Below, in pieces: positions 8,065 to 18,676 of a stretch of 64,000 bases of DNA. Numbering within the stretch: the first letter of the stretch is position 1; each line of letters begins with the position of its first letter. The DNA comes from an uncultured Candidatus Saccharibacteria bacterium (GTDB taxonomy: Bacteria; Patescibacteriota; WWE3; UBA101185; UBA10185). The DNA is taken from positions 141,795 to 205,794 of the forward strand of contig CAZXUJ010000001.1 in NCBI GenBank assembly GCA_964643995.1. The letters run 5' to 3'. The notes beneath the pieces were generated by a model. The model was not told the origin of the DNA. It made no database searches and saw only the letters and a program-made list of their open reading frames with translations. A program made the position numbers and the translations under genes.

Positions 8065-10929
8065 TCACTCTAAAATAGCAAATTTATCGCCCGGTGATAA
8101 CTTTGATGCAGAAACCTTTAACATTATTTCTTTTTCAAACGCGGTTACGGCGTTAGCAAACTCCGGCGTATTTTCATATTGAACTTCGACCTTTTGTGAA
8201 ACAGCCAAACCTAGCTGTTTTCTAAGATCTTGAATTTTTCTTATAAGTTCACGGGAGTTACCTTCATTTATTAACTCTCCCGTCAATTCAGTATCCAGAT
8301 ATGCAGTAAAGTTCGAATCAGACACAGTTGCAAAATTGACGCCATCTTCAGGATTGGTGGAGATTTTTTTCACATTAACCTCATCAATAACCAAGTGTTC
8401 ATAGAATTCGTCAGTATTCTCTCCTAAGGATTCAACTACCAGTGTACTCAATGGCTGACGTACTTTAAGATTCTTTTCGGCACGTATAGCTAAACCTAGT
8501 GAAACTACTGCCCTAGTACTAGCCATCTTTGTCACTATTTCTGCATTAGACCCTATTAGAGTACTATCATACTCGGGATAATCGGTTAAATGTACTGAAC
8601 TTAAAGCACTGGCGTCAACTTCTTTAACAAGGTGTTGATATATGTTTTCGCTCATGAAAGGTATCACAGGAGCAGCGGCTTTGGATAATGTAATCAGTAA
8701 GGTATACAGCGTGGATAATGCTTTGTTATCCCCCTGTGATATACGATCTCTAGAACGCCTAACATACCATCTAGACAGATCATCAACAAAAGTTTCCAAA
8801 GATGAAACTGCGGGCGGAATTTGGTATGCCTCTATATTAACCGCTAGGTCACGTATGGTCTCATGGAGACGAGTCATAATCCATACGTCAAGCACATCGT
8901 CAGAGACCTCCACACTACGGGGTGACCATTTGTTATGATTCGCATAAGTTATAAAAAATTTCATGGAGTTCCAAAGCGGATTGAGAACATTGTTGAGCTT
9001 AGTCTTGAGTTCACTATCATCAAAGTTAGCATTTCCACCAAGCATAAGGGCAGAATTCATAAGGTAGAGTCTTAAAGCATCCCCTCCAATGTTGATTAAA
9101 ACGTCCTTAGGATCAGTGTAATTACCATAGGTCTTACTCATCTTACGGCCGTCGTTGCCGGCCAAAATTCCTGTTGATATAACATTTTTAAAGGAATTAG
9201 TTCCAAAAAGAGCATTTGAGAGTACATGCATAACATAAAACCAAGCCCTAGTCTGTGCGATGTATTCAACGATGTAGTCTCCAGGATAGTTTTTTTCAAA
9301 TTTATCCTGATTCTTAAATGGATAGTGTAATTGGGCATAAGGCATAGAACCCGCCTCAAACCACGAATCCAGAACTTCCTCGCGACGTTTGTAAACTTTT
9401 CCGTCTTTTTTAATGGTAATTTCATCGATATATGGACGATGTAAATCCTTAACCTTTTGACCAGACAGATCCTCCAATTCTTTTATGGATCCTATAACAA
9501 TTCGAGTCCCATCGGCAGCTTCCCAAACAGGCATAGGGGTTGCCCAGAAACGGCTTCGCGAAATACACCAATCTGGTGCCTGTTCAATACCGCTCTTGAA
9601 ACGGCCATATTTGAGATGGTCTGGAATCCAGTTAATGAATTCATTACTATCAAGTAACTTCGATTTTAAACTGTTGACGCCTATAAACCACGAGTTTTGA
9701 GCTTTTTGAATCAAAAGTGTATCACAACGGTCATGGTATGGGAATCTATGAACTATACGAGTATCTCTATACATCAATCCCCTTGTATTAAGATCTTCCC
9801 TAATATATTTATTGGCCTTGGCATAGTACATTCCTTCGAATGGGTTCACGCCGTTATCACCAGCAATAAATTTTCCCTCGTCATCAATCGTAAGCATCAT
9901 TTTTAAACCAAAATGACGACCCATATCGGTATCCACCATTCCAAAACCAGGAGCCGAGTGGACTACACCAGTGCCCTCTTCCATATGAACCATACCTTCA
10001 TACGAGTAAACCTTAAAATCATGCTCATTTGAAGAAAAAAAAGTATATGGAGGCTCATATGATAAACCTACCAAATCTTTACCCATAAATTCTTGTTCCA
10101 CTTTGTACAAAGTATCCCCCATAACATCAGCGAGCCTTTTTTTTGCAAAGATGTATTTTTCGTCTTTTTGTGCAACCAAGACATATAGTTCATTTTCGTC
10201 CACAACTAAGCCCCTGTTTGATGGTAATGTCCATGGTGTAGTTGTCCAGGCCAACATTAAGCTATCCTTAAATTTACTGTCAGTACCCGTAATCCTAAAT
10301 TTAACCATTACTGATGGATCTTCAACGTCTTTATATGTGTTATCCATAGCGACCTCAAAATTTGAGACCGGTGTTCCGCAGGTTGTACAAAACAGAGAGG
10401 TTCTTACACCCTCATATATGAAGCCCTTATCGTAAAGTTCTTTAAATGCCCATATCACGCTCTCCATATAACTTTGGTCTATAGTTTTGTAGGCATGTTC
10501 TATATCAACCCAACGGCCAATCTTATCAATGTACCAATTCCACTCGGCTGAGGTCTCAGATGTGTATTTGTAACACTCCTCAGTGAATTTTTCTAACCCA
10601 AAACTCACGATGTCTTTTCTGCTCTTTATGTCAAGCTTCTTTTGGACTTTGTTTTCTACTGTAAGTCCATGTGCATCCCAACCCCAAACTCTCTCAACTC
10701 TTTTTCCTTTCATCGTCCAGTAACGTGGTATTAAATCTTTAGCTATTGAGCCAAGTAAATGTCCATAATGGGGTAAGCCAGAAATAAAAGGGGGACCATC
10801 ATAAAAAACGTAAAGATTGTCACTTGATCTAGAATTTACTGATTCCTCAAAGGTACCTTCACTTTTCCAAAGATTTAATGCATCCTCCTCAAAGTCAGGT
10901 ATTTTTTTGTTATCCGGTTGCCTAAACAT
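8065..10929 (-). CDS. ileS: Isoleucyl-tRNA synthetase, type 2 (eukaryote/archaeal-like).
   Basis: HIGH-region variant PPFISGLPHYGHLLG and KMSKTYGN. At 954 aa it matches class I IleRS. The PHYGH box is typical of type-2 IleRS. Confidence 0.9.
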   Translation of the reverse strand: MFRQPDNKKIPDFEEDALNLWKSEGTFEESVNSRSSDNLYVFYDGPPFISGLPHYGHLLGSIAKDLIPRYWTMKGKRVERVWGWDAHGLTVENKVQKKLDIKSRKDIVSFGLEKFTEECYKYTSETSAEWNWYIDKIGRWVDIEHAYKTIDQSYMESVIWAFKELYDKGFIYEGVRTSLFCTTCGTPVSNFEVAMDNTYKDVEDPSVMVKFRITGTDSKFKDSLMLAWTTTPWTLPSNRGLVVDENELYVLVAQKDEKYIFAKKRLADVMGDTLYKVEQEFMGKDLVGLSYEPPYTFFSSNEHDFKVYSYEGMVHMEEGTGVVHSAPGFGMVDTDMGRHFGLKMMLTIDDEGKFIAGDNGVNPFEGMYYAKANKYIREDLNTRGLMYRDTRIVHRFPYHDRCDTLLIQKAQNSWFIGVNSLKSKLLDSNEFINWIPDHLKYGRFKSGIEQAPDWCISRSRFWATPMPVWEAADGTRIVIGSIKELEDLSGQKVKDLHRPYIDEITIKKDGKVYKRREEVLDSWFEAGSMPYAQLHYPFKNQDKFEKNYPGDYIVEYIAQTRAWFYVMHVLSNALFGTNSFKNVISTGILAGNDGRKMSKTYGNYTDPKDVLINIGGDALRLYLMNSALMLGGNANFDDSELKTKLNNVLNPLWNSMKFFITYANHNKWSPRSVEVSDDVLDVWIMTRLHETIRDLAVNIEAYQIPPAVSSLETFVDDLSRWYVRRSRDRISQGDNKALSTLYTLLITLSKAAAPVIPFMSENIYQHLVKEVDASALSSVHLTDYPEYDSTLIGSNAEIVTKMASTRAVVSLGLAIRAEKNLKVRQPLSTLVVESLGENTDEFYEHLVIDEVNVKKISTNPEDGVNFATVSDSNFTAYLDTELTGELINEGNSRELIRKIQDLRKQLGLAVSQKVEVQYENTPEFANAVTAFEKEIMLKVSASKLSPGDKFAILE

Positions 10930-11088
10930 AGGAATGTGGTAATCTTACTACATTATTTTGACAGATGCGAGTTTAGAGCAAATAAAACTGATCTGTCGTA
11001 TAAGCCTTGTAAGAAAGAAAACCTAACATCACTATACTAAATAGTACTAAAACCATTAGCAAGATGAAATATTTTTGGTGATCTTTGA

Positions 11089-12084
11089 CTACCATTCTAT
11101 TGAGCCCACCTGGTATTCGGTAACTCTGGTCTCAAAGAAGTTCTTTTCCTTCTTAAGATCCATCATTTCAGACATCCAGGGTAAGGTGTTTTTGGCATCA
11201 TATACCTTCTCAAGCCGAATGCTTTCTAGCCGTCGATCAGCAATATACTTTACGTAACCTTCAACCAAAGGTGCAGTTAGCCCTACAATACCTCTGGGCA
11301 TACAATCCTTGGCATACTTAATTTCAAGATCAACCGCGGTCTGGATGTTCTTTGAAATCGTTTGCTTAAACGAAGGCGTCCAGATTTCTGGGTTTTCTAT
11401 TGCAATAGTGTTGATTAAGTCACGACCAAAAGCCAGATGCACTGATTCATCACGTAAGATAAATTGAAACTGCTCACCTACACCTACCATTTTGTTTTGG
11501 CGCATCATCGAGAGCATCATCGCAAAACCGGCATAGAAAAACACACCCTCCATGATGATGTAAAATCCAACCAAATCGTGCACAAACTTCTGTATATTCT
11601 CTACGCCTTGGGTATTAAAATATGGGTCTGAGACCGATTTTGTCATATCAATAACGAAATCGTCTTTTTCTTTGATACTTGGGATGTTGTTGTACATCGT
11701 ATATACCTCATCTGGATCAAGGCCTAACGTATCACATGTATAAATAAATGTTTCGGTATGAACAGCCTCTTCATATGCCTGACGTAGAAGGTATTGACGA
11801 CATTCTGGGTTGGTAACGTGATTGTAAACTGCCAAAACTATATTATTTGCAGTAAGACTTTCGGCGGTGGAAAAAAATCCCATGTTACGCATAATTAACC
11901 TTTTTTCTTCATCGGTTAGCTTTCCTGGTGTTTTCCACTGCTCAACATCAATTTGCATATTAACTTCGTCTGGTACCCAGTTGTTATTTACACCGTTTTT
12001 ATAATGCTCGCGTGCCCAGTTATACCTAATGGGCAAAATTTTGTTTGGGTCAGTGGAAGTATTGTTTAATATAGATTTTTTCAT
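11089..12084 (-). CDS. nrdB: Class I ribonucleotide reductase, beta subunit.
   Basis: Ferritin-like R2 with di-iron ligand and Tyr-radical blocks (EEAVHTETF, FYAGFAMMLSMMRQNKM, RDESVHLAFG). Confidence 0.9.
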   Translation of the reverse strand: MKKSILNNTSTDPNKILPIRYNWAREHYKNGVNNNWVPDEVNMQIDVEQWKTPGKLTDEEKRLIMRNMGFFSTAESLTANNIVLAVYNHVTNPECRQYLLRQAYEEAVHTETFIYTCDTLGLDPDEVYTMYNNIPSIKEKDDFVIDMTKSVSDPYFNTQGVENIQKFVHDLVGFYIIMEGVFFYAGFAMMLSMMRQNKMVGVGEQFQFILRDESVHLAFGRDLINTIAIENPEIWTPSFKQTISKNIQTAVDLEIKYAKDCMPRGIVGLTAPLVEGYVKYIADRRLESIRLEKVYDAKNTLPWMSEMMDLKKEKNFFETRVTEYQVGSIEW

Positions 12085-12096
12085 ATATCTCCTTGT

Positions 12097-15072
12097 TTAC
12101 TGACACGACTCACACGTCGGATCATCCAGCCTACAGGCTTTAAATTCATACGAAGCACTATTGACACTTTCAAGAGTCGGAACACTAACTGGAGCCATGG
12201 CATAAGCGGCAACCTCTTCTATAGCCTCCTCAACCACTTCAGTAATCTCAATCGATGCAACATTAGAACCAACCATCGATGGAGCACTCGTCACAACTTC
12301 GACGTATGTATCTTCAACCTGTGAAGGAGTACCAACTGCAGAGGACACACCCTGACTTTCTAAAGAAACTGTACTCTTTTCGATTGAGGAAGCACCCAGA
12401 GTTCTCAGATAGTAAGTTGTCTTTAATCCAGATTTCCATGCATCCATATAGATTTCAGACAATACCTTCCCGCGAGTTGTATTTGTAAAAATATTTATGG
12501 ACTGACTCTGGTCCAACCACTTAGATCTATGAGCAGCATGTCTTACTACCCAGTGAGGATCAACATCAAATGCACCTTTATACTTCGAACGAATATGAAT
12601 AGGTATCTCAGATATACCTTGGATATTACCGTCATTGGCTTTTATGGAATCCAGCATAGCAGGTGACCACAAATCTATCTCCTTTAGGTCTTGTACGAGA
12701 TAATCATTAGATACGATAAACTCACCAAACATGTTAGATTTTACGTATAAGTTACTGTAAGGAGGCTCAATAGATGGCGTACAGCTTGCGAGATTTGAGA
12801 TTGATGCAGTAGGAGCTATTGCAAGACAATTGGAGTTTCTCATACCATATTTTTTAACATGTGAACGAACGGGTTCCCAGTCTAGTTTTCCACCATGAGG
12901 TATATGTGTCTTGACACCGCGTATTTCCTCCATATCTTCAAAGGTATCCTGCGGGAAAATATTTCGATCCCACTTAGAACCTTTGTACGAAGAATAAGCA
13001 CCGCGCTCTTTAGCCAACTCAGAAGAGGCTAATATTGCACAATATGAAACCAACTCCTGAACTTCGTCAGAGAGTTTAACAGCAACCTCACTATCAAAAC
13101 TTACACCACCCTTACTTAACATATCCTGAAAGCCCATAATACCTAGGCCAACAGGGCGATGTTTGAGGTTAGAGGTTGCTGTTTCCTTGACGGGATAGAA
13201 GTTTGCATCAATAACGTTATCGAGTATGCGCATCGCAACTCTGACAGAACTTTTCAGCGTATCTTTGTTTAAAACACCGTCATCTGAAGTATGCGCTGAA
13301 AGATTAATAGACCCAAGATTGCATACCGCAATTTCGTCCTTGGAAGTGTTCAAAGTTATTTCGGTGCATAAATTGGAACTATGAACAACACCAACATGAT
13401 CTTGTGGAGATCTAATATTGCAGGGGTCTTTAAACGTAAGCCAAGGATGCCCAGTTTCAAACAACATAGTGATTATTTTTCGCCAAAGATCGGCCGCCTT
13501 CATTTTCTTTATCAAAACCATATTCCCTGCATCAGCCTCTGCCTCATATTCAAGATACTTCTTGTCAAACGCTAAACCATACAAGTGGTGTAATTCGGGT
13601 GTTTCATCTGGGGAAAACAATGTCCAGTCAGCGTTTTCACTTACACGCTTCATAAACAAGTCTGGTATCCACAGGGCAGTGTTTATATTGTGCGTTCTTC
13701 GACGTTCGTCACCTACATTTCTTCGCAATTCTAGGAAAGACTCAATGTCGAAATGCCAAGGCTCAAGATAAACCACAGCGGCACCACGTTTACGACCACT
13801 ACGATTAATCGACGCGTTGGTAGAATCGCAAATCTTCAAAAATGGAACCACACCTTGACTTGGGACATTGGTACTTTTTATCATTGCCCCCGTTGCTCGT
13901 ATATTTGTCCAATCTAGTCCGATACCACCAGCATATTTTGCCAATTGAGCCTGATCACCGTAAGACTTAAATATATGATCTAGGTCATCTTCTACTGTCA
14001 TAAGGAAACAGGAACTCATCTGAGAGTGGACTAGCCCTGAATGATAAAGTGTAGGAGACGATGGTACATACAACAACTGCGACATGACAGTATAGAACTC
14101 TATAGCCTTTTCTTCTTTTTCGTCTTCAGTTAGAGAAAGTCCCATTGCAACACGCATCCAGAAATACTGTGGCGACTCCAAAATCTCTTGCGAAACACCT
14201 TTCAAGACGTATTTATCAAATAACATCTGTGCACTTGGATACATTAGTAAAAGGTCTCTTTCTGGAACCAGTGCCTCGCTAAGCTTTTTGAAGCTGAATT
14301 TCATAATTTTTGGATCAAGTCTACCTTGATCAACACCCATTTGAAGTTTTGCTTTGAAACTACTTCGGTAAACGTCTGCAAAATTCGAATCAGAAGTATC
14401 CATACCAAAAAGTCCCTTATATGTACTATCTAGTAGTGCTTTAGCCGCAATATGCGAGTACTCTTTGCCAAGTTCAATACGTGCAACCAATGACATTATC
14501 AAGGCTTTATCAATTTCCTGAGTAGCCATGCCATCAAACACACTTAACCTAAGTTCCTCGAGTATGTCATACATAACAGCTTTATTCGAAAAACCTTCAA
14601 AGTATCTGCGTAGTTTATTTTCAAGAACACTTATATCAAAAGCCGTAAAAGAGCCATCCCTCTTTTGAACCTTTATTCTAATACGTTGTAAATCTGACTC
14701 TGTTTTATTACGAAGTCTCTTATGCTGTTCACGATATAAAATATACGACTTGGAAGCATCAAAAAAACCCGCCTCGGAAATACCCCGCTCGGTTACATCT
14801 TGAATATCTTCAATATGGGGAATTCGATCCGTGAAAGAATCCTCCAACTCTTGAACAACTTTATTGGCTATCAATGGAGCATGATCTGCTGCGTTTTCCA
14901 CAGCAACAGAGTTAAGTGCTGCCAAAATAGCCTTTTCTATTTTTGCGCGGTCAAAATCTACTACATTACCGTCTCTCTTTACAACCTTCTTAATTTTCGA
15001 ATACTTAGCTTGAGCTGCAGAACAGTCTACAGCCACTACTAAGGACTCTTCTTTTTTCTTACCTTTTGGCAT
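12097..15072 (-). CDS. nrdA: Class I ribonucleotide reductase, alpha subunit, with two N-terminal ATP cones.
   Basis: Two VxKRDGxxxxFDxxKI ATP-cone repeats, a catalytic core (PSNLCTEI, CNLGSINL) and a C-terminal Cys pair (CESCQ). The ATG at 15072 (MPKGKKK) is preferred. The longest ORF begins with TTG at 15108. Confidence 0.9.
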   Translation of the reverse strand: MPKGKKKEESLVVAVDCSAAQAKYSKIKKVVKRDGNVVDFDRAKIEKAILAALNSVAVENAADHAPLIANKVVQELEDSFTDRIPHIEDIQDVTERGISEAGFFDASKSYILYREQHKRLRNKTESDLQRIRIKVQKRDGSFTAFDISVLENKLRRYFEGFSNKAVMYDILEELRLSVFDGMATQEIDKALIMSLVARIELGKEYSHIAAKALLDSTYKGLFGMDTSDSNFADVYRSSFKAKLQMGVDQGRLDPKIMKFSFKKLSEALVPERDLLLMYPSAQMLFDKYVLKGVSQEILESPQYFWMRVAMGLSLTEDEKEEKAIEFYTVMSQLLYVPSSPTLYHSGLVHSQMSSCFLMTVEDDLDHIFKSYGDQAQLAKYAGGIGLDWTNIRATGAMIKSTNVPSQGVVPFLKICDSTNASINRSGRKRGAAVVYLEPWHFDIESFLELRRNVGDERRRTHNINTALWIPDLFMKRVSENADWTLFSPDETPELHHLYGLAFDKKYLEYEAEADAGNMVLIKKMKAADLWRKIITMLFETGHPWLTFKDPCNIRSPQDHVGVVHSSNLCTEITLNTSKDEIAVCNLGSINLSAHTSDDGVLNKDTLKSSVRVAMRILDNVIDANFYPVKETATSNLKHRPVGLGIMGFQDMLSKGGVSFDSEVAVKLSDEVQELVSYCAILASSELAKERGAYSSYKGSKWDRNIFPQDTFEDMEEIRGVKTHIPHGGKLDWEPVRSHVKKYGMRNSNCLAIAPTASISNLASCTPSIEPPYSNLYVKSNMFGEFIVSNDYLVQDLKEIDLWSPAMLDSIKANDGNIQGISEIPIHIRSKYKGAFDVDPHWVVRHAAHRSKWLDQSQSINIFTNTTRGKVLSEIYMDAWKSGLKTTYYLRTLGASSIEKSTVSLESQGVSSAVGTPSQVEDTYVEVVTSAPSMVGSNVASIEITEVVEEAIEEVAAYAMAPVSVPTLESVNSASYEFKACRLDDPTCESCQ

Positions 15073-15337
15073 AAGCAGGTGTGCTCTACTAACTAGTAGT
15101 GTTGACAAGAAAAGCCAAGACTTCTAGCTAATTAAGAGTCTTTACGCCGGTGATAAATGAATCACCAGCAATCCACCAGAGGCGGATAATAAATTTTTAC
15201 TTGGGCAGAATTTAAGTCTGTGGCTAATAGTTACATATTGAAAATGCAGGAACCACCAATACAGGTTTTGATTATCTGTTTTTTAACTGTTATATGGGGG
15301 TCGAAAAAAGAAAAATGTTGATTTAATGTTAATCGAA

Positions 15338-16501
15338 TTAGGCACCACGTAGGAATGCTGGAATGTCATAAATATCGTCATCGCTTTTATCCGGTTTATT
15401 TTTTTCGACCGGAATTTCTTCCGTTGGAAGAACTGGTTTTTCCTCAGGTGGCTCGGATCTAACTGGCAGACGAGGTTTCCTGTTAATATCAGAAGAGCCA
15501 CGTTCAATTTCTTCTTGTACAAGAGTTAGACGTTTTCTAAGCTCAGCCTCTTGATCAAAACCTGTCGCTATAACCGTAATTTTTACCTGATCAGAAAGAT
15601 TCTCATCAATAGTCATACCGAAAATGATGTTGGCGTCAGGACTAGTAGAGTTACTTATGACTTTTGCGGCCTCATTTACTTCGGACATACTTAAGTTGGA
15701 ACCACCAACAACATTAAACAATACTCCAGTAGCACCATCGATAGACACCTCAAGAAGCGGAGAAGATATCGCAGCAGTTGCAGCTTCTACTGCACGATTC
15801 TCACCAGTTCCAATACCTATGCCCATTAAAGCCGATCCGGCGTTTTTCATAATTGCCTTTACATCTGCAAAATCCACATTTATTAGTCCTGGCATTACGA
15901 TTAGATCAGAGATACCTTGCACACCTTGAGTCAATATACTGTCGGAAACACGGAAAGCATCTAAAATGGACATATTGTCATCTGATATTTCAAGAAGTTT
16001 TTGATTAGGTATTACTATTAGAGTATCAACTTCGCGCTTAAGCTCGGCAATTCCTCTCTCAGCATTTTCCATACGTTTTGCACCTTCAAACTTAAAAGGT
16101 TTTGTGACAACGCCCACAGTCAAAGCTCCCATCTCTTTAGCTAATCGTGCTATTACAGGAGCTGCTCCGGTACCTGTACCACCCCCCATACCAGCTGTTA
16201 CAAAAACCATATCGGAATCCTCAATATTTGTTCTTATCAAGTCCATTGACTCCTCAGCGGCTTTTTGACCGATTTCAGGATCCGCACCAGCACCTAACCC
16301 GTTAGTAAGCTCTTGACCAATCGGAATCTTCACATAAGCCTTGTTTACAGACAATGCCTGTGCATCAGTGTTAACTGCTATAAACTCAACACCGGTTATT
16401 TGTTGGGATTCAATTAAAGTATTCAAAACGTTGCAGCCTGCACCACCAACCCCAATTACTCTTATTTTTGCAAATCTTTCTATTTCAGGCTTAACAAACA
16501 T
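15338..16501 (-). CDS. ftsZ: Cell division GTPase FtsZ.
   Basis: [13 protein letters not shown] tubulin signature and a C-terminal DIPAFLR peptide. Confidence 0.95.
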   Translation of the reverse strand: MFVKPEIERFAKIRVIGVGGAGCNVLNTLIESQQITGVEFIAVNTDAQALSVNKAYVKIPIGQELTNGLGAGADPEIGQKAAEESMDLIRTNIEDSDMVFVTAGMGGGTGTGAAPVIARLAKEMGALTVGVVTKPFKFEGAKRMENAERGIAELKREVDTLIVIPNQKLLEISDDNMSILDAFRVSDSILTQGVQGISDLIVMPGLINVDFADVKAIMKNAGSALMGIGIGTGENRAVEAATAAISSPLLEVSIDGATGVLFNVVGGSNLSMSEVNEAAKVISNSTSPDANIIFGMTIDENLSDQVKITVIATGFDQEAELRKRLTLVQEEIERGSSDINRKPRLPVRSEPPEEKPVLPTEEIPVEKNKPDKSDDDIYDIPAFLRGA

Positions 16502-16582
16502 AATTTAGACAAAACTATCGGAAACAATATACTTTAGTATAGTGAATACTATAGTGTCATTAACAAATTATCAAGATCTTCT

Positions 16583-17836
16583 TTAAGGCAGGAAAGACTT
16601 AATTTTACCGAAAATACCAGAGACTACATTTGCTATATTACCTCTACCAGAATCGAATGACAAGTCAGAGCTACTCTGTAAAGCTTTGATTCCATATAAA
16701 ACACTACCGATTGAAGCTGAAAACTGAGGACCTTGAATTTCATCAATCAGTCCCGTGACACCTTTAGGCGTTCCTAATCTTATGGGCATTTTCAAAGCTT
16801 TCTTTCCAACACGTTCTGCACCAGCTGTTAAGGAACCACCACCAGTAAGAACTGCCCCCGCCGGAAGCTTGTTGGTCAGACCGGCCTCTTCCAGTTCCAA
16901 AGTAACAAGTTTAAATATCTCGTTTAACCTTGCATCAATAACATCGTATAGAAAGCTTTTTTGGATGCGGTCCTCTTCAAGTCCAAACTCCGACACGTCA
17001 ATTTCGTCGTCTTCTTTTGAGTGATGGATGCTCATCTGAACGGTTTTCTCGGCACTTAACTTGATCTTGATTCTCTCAGCTTCCTCTAAACGTGTGCGTA
17101 AACCAATAGCCAAATCATGAGTGACGTGTTTTGCACCAATCGGCAACACTGCCGAAAAGATTGGACTACCCTCAAGATAAGCAATCAATGCAGTTGTGCC
17201 ACCACCAATATCAATTAAGACAGTTCCAAGTTCTTTTTCTGTATCTGTAAGCACAGCCTCCGAAGAAGCAAGTCCTGTATAAACCATGTCTATAACATCA
17301 ACACCAACTTTATCTAAACACTTCGCTAAATTTTTCATGGAAGTAGTAGAACCGTAAATAATGTTAGTTTGAACCTCGAGTCTAATGCCACTCATACCTA
17401 CCGGATCACGAACACCTGTCTGCGAATCAACTATGAAATCACGAGGAATAACGTGAATAATTTCTTCAGAAGATGGTAGAGAAACAGCTTGAGCCGCCTC
17501 GGTAACTCTGAAGACATCTTCATGAGATATTTCGGCATTTTGGTTAGATACAGCGACAACACCGTGGGAATTTTGAGTTTTAATATGGCTACCACTTACA
17601 GTTATGAAGGCATTAGATACAGATACACCTGCCATACGTTCTGCGCGTTCAAGGCTACTGGATATAGACTCAACTGTATCGTCTATGTCAACAACATAAC
17701 CACGGTTAATACCTTTAGAAATCACGGCACCGGAAACCCCAATTACAGAGATTTTATTCTCGTTCAGTGCTGCTATTATAGTACTTACTTTTGTTGATCC
17801 AACGTCGATGCCTGTAATTATTTTTTCTTTGGGCAT
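16583..17836 (-). CDS. ftsA: Cell division protein FtsA.
   Basis: Actin-fold ATPase (GIDVGSTKV, DIGGGTT), immediately upstream of ftsZ. Confidence 0.9.
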   Translation of the reverse strand: MPKEKIITGIDVGSTKVSTIIAALNENKISVIGVSGAVISKGINRGYVVDIDDTVESISSSLERAERMAGVSVSNAFITVSGSHIKTQNSHGVVAVSNQNAEISHEDVFRVTEAAQAVSLPSSEEIIHVIPRDFIVDSQTGVRDPVGMSGIRLEVQTNIIYGSTTSMKNLAKCLDKVGVDVIDMVYTGLASSEAVLTDTEKELGTVLIDIGGGTTALIAYLEGSPIFSAVLPIGAKHVTHDLAIGLRTRLEEAERIKIKLSAEKTVQMSIHHSKEDDEIDVSEFGLEEDRIQKSFLYDVIDARLNEIFKLVTLELEEAGLTNKLPAGAVLTGGGSLTAGAERVGKKALKMPIRLGTPKGVTGLIDEIQGPQFSASIGSVLYGIKALQSSSDLSFDSGRGNIANVVSGIFGKIKSFLP

Positions 17837-17842
17837 AAGGCT

Positions 17843-18676
17843 TTAATCCTCATCATATTCTACTACTACTTTATCATATCTCAAATCTATTCTGTTTATG
17901 TTTTTCCCTTCCAAACTCAGTCGCATATACAGTTGATCAATAATATGTATACTCTCCGAGATACTTTTCTGCTTGTCTAGAAAAACTCTGGTTTTATCAT
18001 TCACGTAGAAATTAATATTTCTTTTTTCTATACTAATTGAGCTTGTCTTTAACCCTGTTTCATCAATTGAGGTGATAAGAGACAAATATAATGGTATCAG
18101 GTCTTTATCAATAAAACCTCCAACATGTAGCGGTCCGTTGTAAAAAACCTCGGGTAAATCTTGATATTCCGAAGATACAGTACCAAGAATGTAACCCTCG
18201 ATATCTACCAAGAAATGCTCCGCATCTCGTGGATTAAAAACTATAGCAAGAGGCACACGCTCTAAAACCTGAATTGTGACTTTATTGGGCAAGTCCTTTG
18301 TAAAGGATACTTCTTTGATGCCCAAAAAACTATGTCTAAAAACATCTGCTAACGAGTTTTCATCAAGCTGAAAAATAAAATCACCTTCAAGATTTTGAAT
18401 TGCGACACGTTGCAAATCTGTGGAAGAAACAAATTTAGTTGCACCAACAACCTCTATTTGTGAAATACGAAAAAGCGAAGATTTTAATATAAAAAAATAA
18501 AAAGCATAAAGCACTAACGCAAGTAAGGATAAGCCTAACAACCACCAGAGATACTTAGAGCTCTTCCTAAAGAATGTTTTATAACTCGGAAATTTTGTTA
18601 AACGAGAGTTCGCCCTGTTCGGCGTATAGGAATACAAATTTTTAAACTGTGACGGTGGCCTAGTTGCTGAATTCAT
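17843..18676 (-). CDS. ftsQ: Cell division protein FtsQ/DivIB (TM plus POTRA).
   Basis: Basic N-tail, single TM, and a POTRA-like ISQIEVVG block. Positioned between murG and ftsA. Confidence 0.7.
   Translation of the reverse strand: MNSATRPPSQFKNLYSYTPNRANSRLTKFPSYKTFFRKSSKYLWWLLGLSLLALVLYAFYFFILKSSLFRISQIEVVGATKFVSSTDLQRVAIQNLEGDFIFQLDENSLADVFRHSFLGIKEVSFTKDLPNKVTIQVLERVPLAIVFNPRDAEHFLVDIEGYILGTVSSEYQDLPEVFYNGPLHVGGFIDKDLIPLYLSLITSIDETGLKTSSISIEKRNINFYVNDKTRVFLDKQKSISESIHIIDQLYMRLSLEGKNINRIDLRYDKVVVEYDED

Noticed and set aside
10930-11088. Possible T-box leader upstream of ileS.
   Set aside because: The 159-bp leader is too short and lacks the AGGGTGGNACCGCG T-box consensus or any specifier/antiterminator arrangement. 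It was treated as an ordinary promoter plus the nrdB 3' region.
15106-15108. Long TTG-initiated form of nrdA, and long forms of glyQS (50665), lexA (36457), mraZ (48440), ftsW (21036), the response regulator (43439) and the LCP gene (43402).
   Set aside because: Internal ATGs align with conserved N-termini of the families and remove overlaps with neighbours. The longer forms were listed only as alternatives.
15241-15337. Possible intrinsic terminator after ftsZ (ACAG...CTGT plus T6).
   Set aside because: The stem is only 4-5 bp, and the T-run is on the wrong strand relative to ftsZ. Not supported.
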